A DNA stretch of 64,000 bases. Origin: Nitrospirota bacterium (lineage in GTDB: Bacteria > Nitrospirota > Thermodesulfovibrionia > Thermodesulfovibrionales > UBA9159). The position numbers and the translations under genes were made by a program. Positions 45,391-55,851 of the stretch are shown one piece after another (position 1 is the stretch's first letter; each line of letters opens with the position of its first letter). The notes below the pieces were generated by a model. The model did no database searches. It saw nothing but the letters and a program-made list of their open reading frames with translations, and was not told the origin of the DNA. The stretch spans positions 64,001-128,000 of the forward strand of contig CAVOUE010000005.1 of the NCBI GenBank assembly GCA_963699545.1, given 5' to 3'.

Positions 45391-46686
45391 TCACTTTGCA
45401 CTCTGGTCCCTCTGCTGACCGTTCTTCTTCTTGAGACCTTCATCAGAATATGCATTGCGGGGATTCCAGAGCATCCAACCGTGGGAGCCGAATTTTTCAG
45501 CAGCATCGATCTGGTCCCGTATTTCCCTGCCGGTGAAGTGCCTGCGGTCAAAGGCATAGTCCCTGAATGCCTGCAGCCATGGTCTGAAGCGTACCGGGGA
45601 AACGCGGGTCCGTTCCCCAGCCTTCTTCAAGGTGAGATAGATGATTTCATGAGGGTGTGCCACAGGGTTGCGGTATCCCGGTATGCCGTATTGAAACCCT
45701 GACGGATAGAGCATGGGAGACATATATTCAAGGAGGGGGGCAAGGTCTTCGAGCCTCTGGCCGATCATAGTATCGTTGAGATTCCAGAAGACATAACCGA
45801 AGATGTCAGCAGCGAGGAAGACGTTGTACGGCATAAGCCTCTTTTTCGCTTCCCTGAGGAACTCCGAGATGGAATGCACCCGGTTTTCCTCTGTATTCGG
45901 CACAGAGAAGCTGAGCCCTTTTGTATCGGGGAAGCGCACGTAATCAAACTGTATCTCATCAAAGCCGTACTGGGCCGCTTCCACGGCGATATCAATATTG
46001 TAATCCCATACCTCTTTCCGGGAAGGGTCTACCCAGGCAAGACCTTCCTTGTCACGCCATATCCCCCCTCCCGGTGCTTTTATTGCCAGCTCCGGTTTGG
46101 CGACGGCAAGGGGATTATCCTTAAAGACCACGATCCGGGCGATGAGGTAGATGCCCCTCTCCTTCAGCGACCGTACAAGGCCTTTCATGTCCCTTACCGT
46201 AATGACCTTCTGGGCCCCTATATCAGCGGCAAGGGGTATGGAACTCCTGTAAGGGATAATGCCCCGGTCGCCCTTCACATCGATGACCAGGGCATTCAGC
46301 TCGGTCTCCTCGATCAGTTTCAGGGCAGAGTCCCGGAGGATTCTGCTCCCTATCCCGTATACGGTAAGGTAGAGGGCTTTGGGCGTGAAGGGTATCAGAT
46401 TTATCTGGAGAGGCGCTGAGAAAAGACCGGAAGAGACAGCCTGTTCAGCCCTCCGGTATCCGTATGCTTTCGCCGCAACTTTGACCCCTGCGTCCTTCAT
46501 CGTAAACATTCCTTTTTCATCGGTCATTGCCGCTTCATTGCCTGAAGTGACAATCGCTCCCATCACCGGCAATTTAGTGTAATAATCGACCACCTTTCCT
46601 TTGGTGTAGCCCATCGCAAGCCCGGGCATCATAAGGGAAAGAAACGTGCAAAGAGCTATTGCAAAGCATTTGTGTGTTCCGGTCAT
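45391..46686 (-). CDS. Exported putative glycoside hydrolase (DUF4015-like TIM barrel)
   Basis: NALVIDVK, ARIVVFKD, FDEIQFDYVRFP, PMLYPS, RPWLQAF. Confidence 0.8.
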   Translation of the reverse strand: MTGTHKCFAIALCTFLSLMMPGLAMGYTKGKVVDYYTKLPVMGAIVTSGNEAAMTDEKGMFTMKDAGVKVAAKAYGYRRAEQAVSSGLFSAPLQINLIPFTPKALYLTVYGIGSRILRDSALKLIEETELNALVIDVKGDRGIIPYRSSIPLAADIGAQKVITVRDMKGLVRSLKERGIYLIARIVVFKDNPLAVAKPELAIKAPGGGIWRDKEGLAWVDPSRKEVWDYNIDIAVEAAQYGFDEIQFDYVRFPDTKGLSFSVPNTEENRVHSISEFLREAKKRLMPYNVFLAADIFGYVFWNLNDTMIGQRLEDLAPLLEYMSPMLYPSGFQYGIPGYRNPVAHPHEIIYLTLKKAGERTRVSPVRFRPWLQAFRDYAFDRRHFTGREIRDQIDAAEKFGSHGWMLWNPRNAYSDEGLKKKNGQQRDQSAK

Positions 46687-46707
46687 ATTCGTGCAGATGT
46701 CCTTTCC

Positions 46708-47619
46708 TCAGTAAATGAGTTTTCTTTGAGGAGCGTTTCCCCTCAGAAACATTTCAAAGACCTTTCCCTTGTCCGCGTTCACCATTATGTAACGGGGAAG
46801 TGTCATCAGGTTATCTTTTGCACCGGCATGATGCCTCTCTATGGTAAATGCCGCGATATATCCATCAGCCTTCGCCTTAATGATCAGATCTTCGTCATAA
46901 ATGCCGAAGGGCCATGCCAGCATGTCCACCTTTACTCCAAGTTCCTTCTCCAGTTTCTCCCTGGATTTCTTCAACTGCATATCCACTGATTTTTCGTATT
47001 CAGCGAGGCTCATCCGTTTCCTGTCCTTCTTGAAGTTCGGGTGCCAGTACGAGTGGGACTGGATATCGAACAACCCCGACTTCTTCAACTCACGGAGCTG
47101 GTCCCATGTCATGGCGTAGGAGGCGTTGGATATGGCAGAAGGATATATGAAAAGCGTCACCGGGATCCCGTACTGTTTCACCAAGGGGAACATGTCCGTA
47201 TAGACTGTCTTGTGACCGTCGTCAGCTGCGATTACCACTGAGCGGGGCGGAGGAGGCGGTCCTTTTCTGAGAAAATGATCCACAAGCTGCCTGAGGGGTA
47301 TCACGGTATAGCCACTTTCCTTCAGGTATTTCAGATGTGATTCAAAGACAGATGTGGTGACGGTCATGCTGTCCGCGACCACAGGACCGAAACGGTGATA
47401 GAGGAGGATCGGGACCTGTACCTCGCGGAGTCCTTCTTTTCCATTGTGGATTTCTCCCGCTGCCAGGGAGAAAATAATCAGGAAGATGAAGAGGGAAAGA
47501 ACAAGCAGCCCCTCTTTTCCGAAAAGCGTTATCCCCTTGAAACGTGGTGCGCTGCTGCACTGCACGCAACTGCGAACGCCACAGAATTCCATAGCCTTCT
47601 TAGAATAGCGTTTCTTCAT
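46708..47619 (-). CDS. Polysaccharide deacetylase (CE4/NodB-like); start uncertain
   Basis: PILLYH, DDG, HSYWH, AWPFG. Confidence 0.85.
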   Translation of the reverse strand: MKKRYSKKAMEFCGVRSCVQCSSAPRFKGITLFGKEGLLVLSLFIFLIIFSLAAGEIHNGKEGLREVQVPILLYHRFGPVVADSMTVTTSVFESHLKYLKESGYTVIPLRQLVDHFLRKGPPPPPRSVVIAADDGHKTVYTDMFPLVKQYGIPVTLFIYPSAISNASYAMTWDQLRELKKSGLFDIQSHSYWHPNFKKDRKRMSLAEYEKSVDMQLKKSREKLEKELGVKVDMLAWPFGIYDEDLIIKAKADGYIAAFTIERHHAGAKDNLMTLPRYIMVNADKGKVFEMFLRGNAPQRKLIY

Positions 47620-47907
47620 AACTTCATATACTATAATACAAATTGATGACTTGATGCAGCACCGATGTGGATGACGATGGCACATATTCATGGAAAGTAG
47701 CATGGATGGCGTTTGCCACACATTGTCCCTGTCGAACACGGGCCGTCAGGGCCTCTCCCTTCACGGTCTCCCTGGTTGTTCCTGTGTCCCTCATCTGGAG
47801 GCGGTTTTTTACAGACCCTGATGCCTTCCAGACTTGACAAAGAATGCAGATTCAGTGGAGCATATCCCGTGCAAAATCTTTCCCGGCATTCAAACGAAGA
47901 CGTGATC

Positions 47908-48822
47908 ATGATACCGCCTTTCGAGGATTCCCACATGCATTTTACTATTGAGGGAACGCCTGCATCGACAGAAGAACTCAAAGAGGTAATGGATACCTGC
48001 AAACGATACGGGATCTTTTCGCTTAAGGACATGGGTCATAAAAGCGGGGCCGGTCTTAATGCGAAGAAGGACGCGCGAAGAGGGGTATCGGTGAAGTCAG
48101 CCGGATACGCCCTTTTCAAGAAAGGAGGATACGGAACATTCCTGGGCAAGGGGGTCGGAGGGAAGGAAGAGATCATAAGGACTGTCCGGGAGATTGCTGA
48201 TACGGGAGCGGACTTCATCAAGGTGATAAACTCCGGGATCGTTTCCACAAAAGGTGACGTGCCAATTACCGAAGGCGGTTTCTCACCGGAAGAGCTGAAG
48301 ATAATCACCGAGGAAGCACAGAAAAGGAACCGTGAAGTGGCGTGCCACGCCAACTCCGACACCGCGATAAGAAATGCTGTTGAAGCCGGCGTCTCGTCCA
48401 TAGAACACGGATTTTTTGTCTCCGGGGAGACTCTCCACATGATGGCAGAGTCAGGGACGGCATGGACGCCCACTGTCTATGCCCTGTGGACTCTGGCATC
48501 CCTCAAAGAGCCGCCGGAAAGAGCATATGTGCAGAAAGTCGTGGAAGATCACCTGGCGTCTTTACACTATGCTGCCTCGATCGGGGTAAGACTGCGTGTG
48601 GGTACCGACAGCGGATCAAGGGGAGTGGGACACGGGAAAGCCTTTTTCGATGAAATGCGCATGTGGGAGAAGGCCGGCCTTGCCTTGGAGCAGATCCTTT
48701 CCGCTGCATGCATGGACAAAGAGGAGATTGAAAAAAGGAATTACCTGGTGGTCGGGAAGGACTTTGTGTCGCGAGGAAAGGTTGATGCAGTCTACCAAGA
48801 AGGAGTCGGGGTGAATCCCTGA
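47908..48822 (+). CDS. Amidohydrolase family protein (compact)
   Basis: DSHMH, FIKV, CHA, IEHG, GTDSG. Confidence 0.8.
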   Translation: MIPPFEDSHMHFTIEGTPASTEELKEVMDTCKRYGIFSLKDMGHKSGAGLNAKKDARRGVSVKSAGYALFKKGGYGTFLGKGVGGKEEIIRTVREIADTGADFIKVINSGIVSTKGDVPITEGGFSPEELKIITEEAQKRNREVACHANSDTAIRNAVEAGVSSIEHGFFVSGETLHMMAESGTAWTPTVYALWTLASLKEPPERAYVQKVVEDHLASLHYAASIGVRLRVGTDSGSRGVGHGKAFFDEMRMWEKAGLALEQILSAACMDKEEIEKRNYLVVGKDFVSRGKVDAVYQEGVGVNP

Positions 48823-48926
48823 AGTCCTCAGCATGGAAGGGACGGAAAAGGGAAGCGTGCGAGAATCGGTATCTGCCCGGTATCCGTTCCTGTTTCCCGG
48901 GGATACGGGGCAAGGTATAATAGTCC

Positions 48927-49910
48927 ATGCTGACGATTGGCCCCCTAACGTTGCCCGCCCCGTGTATCCTCGCTCCCATGGCAGGGATATCAGACCTGCC
49001 CTTCCGTGTGATCAACCGGGCCTTTGGATGTACGTTTGCTTTTGCCGAGATGATCAGTGCCCGGTCCCTTGTCTTTGAGAGCAAGAACACCAGGAGGATG
49101 CTGACCACGGACCCGCAGGACAGCCCGCTGGGTGTCCAACTGCTGGGAAATGACTCAGGGGTGATGCTCAAGGCGCTGGAAATGCTCAGGAACCTTCCCC
49201 TGCACCTGATAGACATTAATGCCGCCTGCCCGGTGACCAAGGTGACGAAAAAGGGAGAGGGGGCTGCCATGCTCAGGGAACCTCGCAGACTGGGGCAGCT
49301 CCTGAGAGTGCTTGTGGAGAATACAGAACTCCCTGTCACGGTGAAGATCCGTTCGGGGTGGGATGAAGACTCCATAAACGCGGCAGAGGTGGCGCTCCAC
49401 GCCCAGGACGCCGGGATAAGCGCTCTCTTCATCCATGGGAGGACAAGAGCGCAGGGATACCGGGGCAGAGTGGATTACAGCATCATCAGGGAAGTGAAAG
49501 AACTTCTGAGGATACCGGTCATCGCAAGTGGTGATACCTTTTCTGCAGAACTCATAAAAAAAATGTTTGACGAGACCGGATGTGACGGGGTAACCATTGC
49601 CCGCGGCGCTCTGGGAAACCCCTGGTTATTCAGAGAAGCCGCAGAATATCTTGCATCAGGCATGCTTCTCCCGAAGCCCGGCATCAGTAAGGTCATGGAG
49701 GTCATGACAAAGCACCTGAATCTCTGTTGCGACCATCATGGAGAAAGGGCCGGCACAGTGCTCTTCAGGAAATTCTTCTGCTGGTATGTTAAGGGAATTC
49801 CGGATTCCAACCTCCTCAAGGCGAAGGCCTTCCGTGCTGAAACGAAAAGCCAGATGCTGGATATAATCGAGGAGTTACGGCCCCGAAACGGCTGCCGGTC
49901 AGGTACATGA
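48927..49910 (+). CDS. dusB: tRNA-dihydrouridine synthase
   Basis: LAPMAGISD, IN..CP, TVKIRSGW, HGRT, RGALGNPW. Confidence 0.9.
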   Translation: MLTIGPLTLPAPCILAPMAGISDLPFRVINRAFGCTFAFAEMISARSLVFESKNTRRMLTTDPQDSPLGVQLLGNDSGVMLKALEMLRNLPLHLIDINAACPVTKVTKKGEGAAMLREPRRLGQLLRVLVENTELPVTVKIRSGWDEDSINAAEVALHAQDAGISALFIHGRTRAQGYRGRVDYSIIREVKELLRIPVIASGDTFSAELIKKMFDETGCDGVTIARGALGNPWLFREAAEYLASGMLLPKPGISKVMEVMTKHLNLCCDHHGERAGTVLFRKFFCWYVKGIPDSNLLKAKAFRAETKSQMLDIIEELRPRNGCRSGT

Positions 49911-49912
49911 CC

Positions 49913-50497
49913 TTACAATATCCTTATGCCGAATTTCTTGAGGGCGTCTGCGACCGCGCTCAGGGGGAGGCCCACGGCATTATGATAATCTCCCTCGATC
50001 TTTCTGATGAGGGCGGCGCCCAGCCCTTGAATGGCGTATGCCCCGGCTTTATCAAGGGGTTCTTTTGAACGGATATAGCTGTCAAGTTCCCGCGGAGCCA
50101 TCTTCCTGAAATAGACCTTTGTCTCCACTGACCGTGTCAATCTCTTCTTTGTCACGGTGTCCATAATGGTGAAGCCGGTGATCACCGAATGCGCCTTGCC
50201 ATTCAGCGTCCTGAGAATTCTCCCTGCTTCCGCAGCCGTGTGCGGTTTCCCGAATATCCTTCCCTTAAAGACGATAAAGGTGTCCGCTGCAATAATGATC
50301 GAATTCTTGTGCCGGGAGGCCACGGATGCCGCCTTCTGACGCGAAAGACGCCTTGCCAGCGCACGAGGGGATACCGCAGGATCCATCGCCTCATCAGACT
50401 CACACGCATCAACCCTGAAGGCCAGACCTGTTTTTGCAAGGATCTCTTTTCTCCGGGGGGAAGCAGATGCCAGGACCAGGGTCTTCACCTCACGCAT
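49913..50497 (-). CDS. maf: Maf-like nucleotide pyrophosphatase
   Basis: LASASPRR, AADT, GKP, DKAGAYAIQG. Confidence 0.92.
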   Translation of the reverse strand: MREVKTLVLASASPRRKEILAKTGLAFRVDACESDEAMDPAVSPRALARRLSRQKAASVASRHKNSIIIAADTFIVFKGRIFGKPHTAAEAGRILRTLNGKAHSVITGFTIMDTVTKKRLTRSVETKVYFRKMAPRELDSYIRSKEPLDKAGAYAIQGLGAALIRKIEGDYHNAVGLPLSAVADALKKFGIRIL

Positions 50498-51656
50498 ACC
50501 GCCCCGCAACAAAACCCGAAGCCCATGCCCACTGCAGGTTGTACCCGCCCAGCTGACCGGTAACGTCAACGACCTCGCCCACGAAATAGAGACCGCTCAC
50601 TTTTTTCGCTTCCATGGTTTTTGATGAGAGCTCCTCCGTATCAACGCCTCCCAGGGTAACCTCCGCCTTCCTGTATCCTTCGGTCCCTTCCGGCACTATC
50701 TCCCAGTGGTGGAGCTGCTGAGCGATCGTTCTCAGTTCTTTCCCACTATACTGCACCATCGGTTTTGACGGCGCGTATCTCTCGCACCATATACGTGCAA
50801 AGCGGCGGGGCAGATAGACTGAGAGAAGGGTTCGCAGCCCGATGCCGCTCTCTTTTTTCGCCTCCAACATCTCGTAGGCGTCACGCTCCGGGAAGAGATT
50901 TATCCATATGGCCTGCCCCTTTTTCCAGTGCAACGAGACCTGAAGGATGGCAGGGCCGCTCAGTCCGCGGTGCGTGAAGAGGACGCTCCCGTGAAAAACC
51001 CTCTTGTCGCAGCTCACTGTTGCATCAAGGGAAATACCGCTGAGTTCCCGGAATATGCCCGTTGACCCTTCCCGGAGTGTGAACGGAACAAGGCCGGGTT
51101 CCAGAGGAGTGACCTTGAGGCCAAACTGTCTCGCAATGCGGTACCCCAGGTCAGACGCTCCCAGATCGGGATATGAGAGGCCCCCTGTAGCGACGACCAA
51201 TGAATCCGACTCTGCCGTCCCGCGGCCGGTTAAGAGGCGAAAAGCATTTTCTCTTCTTATCCCCGCGATTGTGCAGTTCAGCCATATCTCTACTCCAGCC
51301 TTCCTGCACTCCTCCTCGAGCATATGAACGATCGCGGCAGAGCTCGTCCCGCAAAAAAGTTGACCGGCTTCCCTCTCACAATACGTAAGAGAGTGTTCTT
51401 CGAGAAGGGAGATGAAATGCCGGGGGGTGAAACGGGCAAGCGCCGATTTGCAGAAATGGGCATTGCGGGAAACGTAGTGCTCATGACCCACGCTCAAGTT
51501 GGTAAAATTGCACCGGCCTCCTCCTGAGGCCCGTATCTTCTTCCCGATCTTTTCGGAGTGCTCCAGCACCAGGACCGAGCGGCCGCGCTTTCCCGCTTCT
51601 GCGGCGCACATGAGACCGGCGGCACCGGCGCCGATGATGATAACGTCCTTTTTCAT
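50490..51656 (-). CDS. HI0933/YhiN family FAD-dependent oxidoreductase
   Basis: GAGAAG, SGGGRCNFTN, LFTHRGLSGPA, GGYNLQWA. Confidence 0.9.
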   Translation of the reverse strand: MKKDVIIIGAGAAGLMCAAEAGKRGRSVLVLEHSEKIGKKIRASGGGRCNFTNLSVGHEHYVSRNAHFCKSALARFTPRHFISLLEEHSLTYCEREAGQLFCGTSSAAIVHMLEEECRKAGVEIWLNCTIAGIRRENAFRLLTGRGTAESDSLVVATGGLSYPDLGASDLGYRIARQFGLKVTPLEPGLVPFTLREGSTGIFRELSGISLDATVSCDKRVFHGSVLFTHRGLSGPAILQVSLHWKKGQAIWINLFPERDAYEMLEAKKESGIGLRTLLSVYLPRRFARIWCERYAPSKPMVQYSGKELRTIAQQLHHWEIVPEGTEGYRKAEVTLGGVDTEELSSKTMEAKKVSGLYFVGEVVDVTGQLGGYNLQWAWASGFVAGRYA

Positions 51657-51755
51657 ATCCCCCGATAGTATATCCGATTTCTCCCGGCAGACGCGTGACA
51701 CCGACCATGATTCATATCATACCCGTTTCCTGCAGGCGTTATAATAATACAAGGT

Positions 51756-52754
51756 ATGGTCGCTCAAAGGGCGTACATCAGGAAAGTAAGGTACGGGGTT
51801 CAGTTAGCGTTCCTCCTCTTCACCCTGTATGTGGGGTATCAGTTTTATCATTTCGTGTTGCACTTCAGGAGCCCGGGCTATCCGTTTGTGGAGAGGCCTT
51901 CCTCTGTGGACGCCTTTCTTCCCATATCTGGTCTGATGTCATTGAAATACTTCCTGTCCGCCGGAATTATAGAGCCCATTCATCCTGCGGCCTTTGTCAT
52001 GTTCGCTGCTATTCTCGCAGTGTCGTTGTTTATGAAAAAAGGATTCTGCGCCTGGATCTGTCCCGTGGGCACGCTCTCGCAGTATATCTGGATGGCGGGG
52101 AGGAAGCTCTGCGGCAGGAATTTCAGGATGGCAGACTATGCCGACACGGCATTCAGGTCCCTGAAATATATCCTCATGGCCCTTTTTCTTCTGCTCATCG
52201 GGGTGTTGATGAAGCCGAACATGATGGTGCTGTTCTTCATGACCGATTATTACGTGACCGCTGATGTGAGGACGATGAATGTCTTTACTGAAATGACCGC
52301 CGTCACCTTCTGGGTGCTCATTTCCCTGGGCGTTCTTTCCCTCCTCTACAAGAATTTCTGGTGCAGGTACCTCTGTCCCTACGGTGCTCTCCTCGGACTT
52401 CTGAGCCGCTTCGGGCCTGTGAAGATCGCGCGGAACGCAGAGAAGTGCATACACTGCCGTTCCTGCACCAGGGCATGCCCTTCCCTCGTTGAGGTGGAGG
52501 GGAAAGAGGTGGTGCATTCTCCCGAATGCTTCGGCTGTCTCACCTGTGTCAGCTCCTGTCCGTCGCCGGGAGCCCTTGACGTCTCGCTGAAGATTGGGAA
52601 AAGCCGCAGGGTTCTGAAGCCGTATCTCTATCCGGTGGCCCTGATCCTGTTCTTTTATCTCGTTATCGGGGCTGGGATGGCGGCCGGAAAATGGCAGTCC
52701 GGGATCCCCTACGAAGAATACAAAAGAATCATCCCCGAAATTTACAAGAAATAG
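51756..52754 (+). CDS. Membrane 4Fe-4S binding protein (NapH/MauN/YccM-like)
   Basis: TM helices; FCAWICP, WCRYLCP, two CxxCxxCxxxCP. Confidence 0.85.
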   Translation: MVAQRAYIRKVRYGVQLAFLLFTLYVGYQFYHFVLHFRSPGYPFVERPSSVDAFLPISGLMSLKYFLSAGIIEPIHPAAFVMFAAILAVSLFMKKGFCAWICPVGTLSQYIWMAGRKLCGRNFRMADYADTAFRSLKYILMALFLLLIGVLMKPNMMVLFFMTDYYVTADVRTMNVFTEMTAVTFWVLISLGVLSLLYKNFWCRYLCPYGALLGLLSRFGPVKIARNAEKCIHCRSCTRACPSLVEVEGKEVVHSPECFGCLTCVSSCPSPGALDVSLKIGKSRRVLKPYLYPVALILFFYLVIGAGMAAGKWQSGIPYEEYKRIIPEIYKK

Positions 52755-52903
52755 CTGACCCGCAACATCTTCGCGACCCGTGTGCCTCACCGTATAACCA
52801 GGTGAACCCGTCGCAATGCAGACATGGTCCCCCCCCAAATCATGCGGTGAAACTCCGCATTGCATCCCTTAAGGGGAATCTGGTATATTCAACAAACATT
52901 CAT

Positions 52904-53901
52904 ATGAGCTATATTGCGGTCATAGGGGCGGGAAGCTGGGGGACCACCCTGGCATGCCTTCTTGCAGAAAAAGAATATGACGTTCTCCCTCTGGGTCAAT
53001 GAGGAAGACCTCTGCACAGAGATGAGAACCACGAGGATCAACAGCCTCTATCTCCCCGGATTCCCCATTCCCGACCATGTCCTCATCAGCGGGAACGTCC
53101 GGGAGGTGGTCGAAAAGGCCAGATACGTACTCAATGTAGTTCCGACCCAGTACGCACGGGCTGTTTCTGGAGCATGCCCTCCCTCATATCAGTCCTGACG
53201 CAGTCATCGTTAATGCTTCAAAAGGGATAGAGAAAAAGACCCTCCTCACCGTTTCGTCCATTATCAGAGAGTTATCAAACCACAGGGTCGCCGTTATTTC
53301 GGGCCCGAGCTTTGCCCATGAAGTCTGTCGCAGGCTTCCCACGGCTGTCACCCTTGCGTGCGAAGATGTGGGGACATCGTTGCTGTTACAGGAGATCTTC
53401 AACACCCCCTCTTTCAGGGTATACACCCACGATGATATCCTCGGGGTCGAACTGGGAGGCGCTCTGAAGAATGTCATTGCGATCGCCTCGGGCATCTCGG
53501 ACGGGCTCGGACTTGGCCATAACGCGAGGGCCGCACTCCTCACGAGGGGGCTGGCTGAACTGGAGAGGCTCGGGACCGCCATGGGTGCCCGGGAACACAC
53601 GTTTTCAGGCTTGAGCGGCCTCGGAGATCTCATCCTTACATGCACGGCGTTCCTTTCGAGAAATTATACTTTGGGCACGAAGCTTGCCCAGGGCTTGAAG
53701 CTGAACGATATCCTGTCTCAGTCAAAGAGCGTCGTGGAAGGTGTGGCAACCGCCGAATCTGCGTATGAGCTTTCGCAAAAATACGCTGTCCAGATGCCCT
53801 TTGTGGAACAGGTCTACAGGGTCCTTTATGAAGGCAAAGACCCCGGAGTTGCCGTTATCGAGTTGATGAACCGGGCGCTCAAGACAGAATTCCATGCATA
53901 G
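52904..53901 (+). CDS. gpsA: NAD(P)H-dependent glycerol-3-phosphate dehydrogenase; +1 frameshifts near 52984 and 53166
   Basis: GAGSWGT, SKGIE, SGPSFA, GGALKNVIAI, SRN. Confidence 0.92.
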
Positions 53902-54631
53902 CTCGGATATCATGGAGATACTTGCCGGCGTGAAAGCGGGGAAACTTTCTGTCGATCAAGCCGTGGAAAAACTCAAGCATCTGCCTTATGAAGATCTCAC
54001 ATTTGCCAAGGTAGATCACCACAGACATCTGAGACAGGGGATACCCGAGGTGATCTATGCTAAGGGGAAAACGGTATCGGACATAAAGGCGATTGCCGCG
54101 GCGATGTATAAGAACAGCGGCAGGTTTCTCATCACAAAAGCGACCAAAGATATTTATAAAAGCCTGGGCCTTAAGAAAGCGCTCTTTTATCCTTCGTCAG
54201 GCGTGATCGTTGTGGGCGGGAAGAAAAAGGAGGAAAAGGGTCGTGTCCTTGTCCTTTCCGCAGGGACTTCCGATATACCGGTGGCCGAAGAGGCAGCGGT
54301 GACCGCTTCATTCCTCGGCAGTAGCGTCGAGACCGTCTACGATATAGGCGTCGCAGGGATCCACAGGGCACTGGACAGCAGGGGAAAGCTGTCATCCGCA
54401 AGGGTGATCGTCGTGGTTGCAGGCATGGAGGGTGCCCTCCCCTCGGTCATCGGGGGCTTGACGGACAGGCCCATCGTTGCCGTTCCGACGTCCGCAGGGT
54501 ATGGGACGAGTCTCGGCGGCTTAACGGCCCTCTTTGCGATGCTGAACTCCTGTGTGCCCGGCATAGCTGTCATGAATATCGACAACGGTTTCGGCGGCGG
54601 GTGTCTCGCTCATAGGATAAATACCGTATGA
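53894..54631 (+). CDS. larB: Nickel pincer cofactor biosynthesis protein LarB (AIR carboxylase-like)
   Basis: AKVDHHR, AGTSD.PVAEEA, AGMEGAL, NIDNGFG. Confidence 0.88.
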   Translation: MHSSDIMEILAGVKAGKLSVDQAVEKLKHLPYEDLTFAKVDHHRHLRQGIPEVIYAKGKTVSDIKAIAAAMYKNSGRFLITKATKDIYKSLGLKKALFYPSSGVIVVGGKKKEEKGRVLVLSAGTSDIPVAEEAAVTASFLGSSVETVYDIGVAGIHRALDSRGKLSSARVIVVVAGMEGALPSVIGGLTDRPIVAVPTSAGYGTSLGGLTALFAMLNSCVPGIAVMNIDNGFGGGCLAHRINTV

Positions 54632-54701
54632 CACCGTATTACTCCCGGACTTGACGTTCAATAAAAAGAAGACACGAAAAGAGGCGCGTTGGGGAGGAAA
54701 A

Positions 54702-55278
54702 ATGAGTGCGATCAGGTATCCGGAACTGGCGTATTTGATCATTCCTGTACTGCTGGGGCTGGAGTTCTTCATCAGCGCAAAGAATGAGAAGAACGAAAAA
54801 GGAGAGACCCCTCTGGGCTCATATATGCTCGATTTCTTCGGTTTCCTCTTCATGGCGCTGATCCCCGCAATTTTTTTATTCACCATATGGGCGGTGGAGA
54901 ACAAAGGCATTCCCCCTCCAGGACATGACCCTTGCACGGCTTGACCGGTATGCGGTGATCTTCTTTTTCCTGGGTTCCTGGTGGCAGGTGCACATGATCG
55001 CAGCCCTGAGATCGAGAAGACTGAGAGAAGAAGACACGAGGAAATGGTATGTCTGGGCACCCTATCTCATTCTCGGCGTCTTCATATCCTTGCTCATCCT
55101 CTGGGTCTCCCCCTTCCAGCTGAAATGGGTCTCGGTCGCATGGTTCCTGATGGTATTCAGCATACTCCGCATCTCCAGGGCAAAGGCCAAGACCATGGAA
55201 CGCGTGTTCTGGGTCCTCACGGTCTTTTTCTTCATTGTTGAAAATATAATGTTCATCTTTCTCGAAACAGTGGTATAG
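54702..55278 (+). CDS. Hypothetical membrane protein; +1 frameshift in C-run near 54913-54917
   Basis: Two hydrophobic ORFs join as ..IPLQDMTLARLDRY..; GGAGG RBS. Confidence 0.6.
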
Positions 55279-55302
55279 AGGGTCCTGTCCGGCATGGCAC
55301 GG

Positions 55303-55851
55303 TCAGCGGACCTTAAACAGGATTAACCACTCATCAAAGGTCGCCAGTTTGTCCTTTCCATACGCGGCGATCATCTCCCTCACCTTTTCCGGCGGCTTTT
55401 CATGGAGAAGGTCATGCTCGCTTTTTGAGAAGAATTTATCGGCAAAACAGATGATCTTCTCCTCAATGGAGAGGGGCATCATGTCTCTCAGGGGCAAGGG
55501 GAGGCTATTGTCCTTTATGTCTTGCAGGGTGATCCCCATCCCCACGTGTCTCTCGCAGACAAGGGCATGGCGGGGCAGCCCTTCCTTTTCGAGAAGTTCC
55601 CTTCCGAGATAGCCGTGGCACAGATAATCTCTATACCCGAAGCAGCCCAGCTTCGGAGCGTTGGTGTAGAAGATGCCGATGTCATGGAGTATTGCCGCCT
55701 CTTCTATGAAGCTGACGTCAGGCCCGAGGTGCCTCACTTTTCCTGCGGTTTCCACTGCCTTCCCGGCCACAAGTCTGCTGTGGTGGATAAGAAAATGGTA
55801 TGCCTTTGATCCCGGATCGTAATATTTTTCGATCACTTCAAGCGGGTTCAT
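55303..55851 (-). CDS. HDIG domain metal-dependent phosphohydrolase
   Basis: HS..VA, LHDIG, ERH, ICFADKF. Confidence 0.85.
   Translation of the reverse strand: MNPLEVIEKYYDPGSKAYHFLIHHSRLVAGKAVETAGKVRHLGPDVSFIEEAAILHDIGIFYTNAPKLGCFGYRDYLCHGYLGRELLEKEGLPRHALVCERHVGMGITLQDIKDNSLPLPLRDMMPLSIEEKIICFADKFFSKSEHDLLHEKPPEKVREMIAAYGKDKLATFDEWLILFKVR

Noticed and set aside
47620-47900. c-di-AMP or c-di-GMP riboswitch upstream of the cell-wall operon
   Set aside because: Consensus motifs not found on either strand
53894-54631. larB without larA/C/E as a novel system
   Set aside because: lar genes are commonly dispersed; the others may lie elsewhere in the genome
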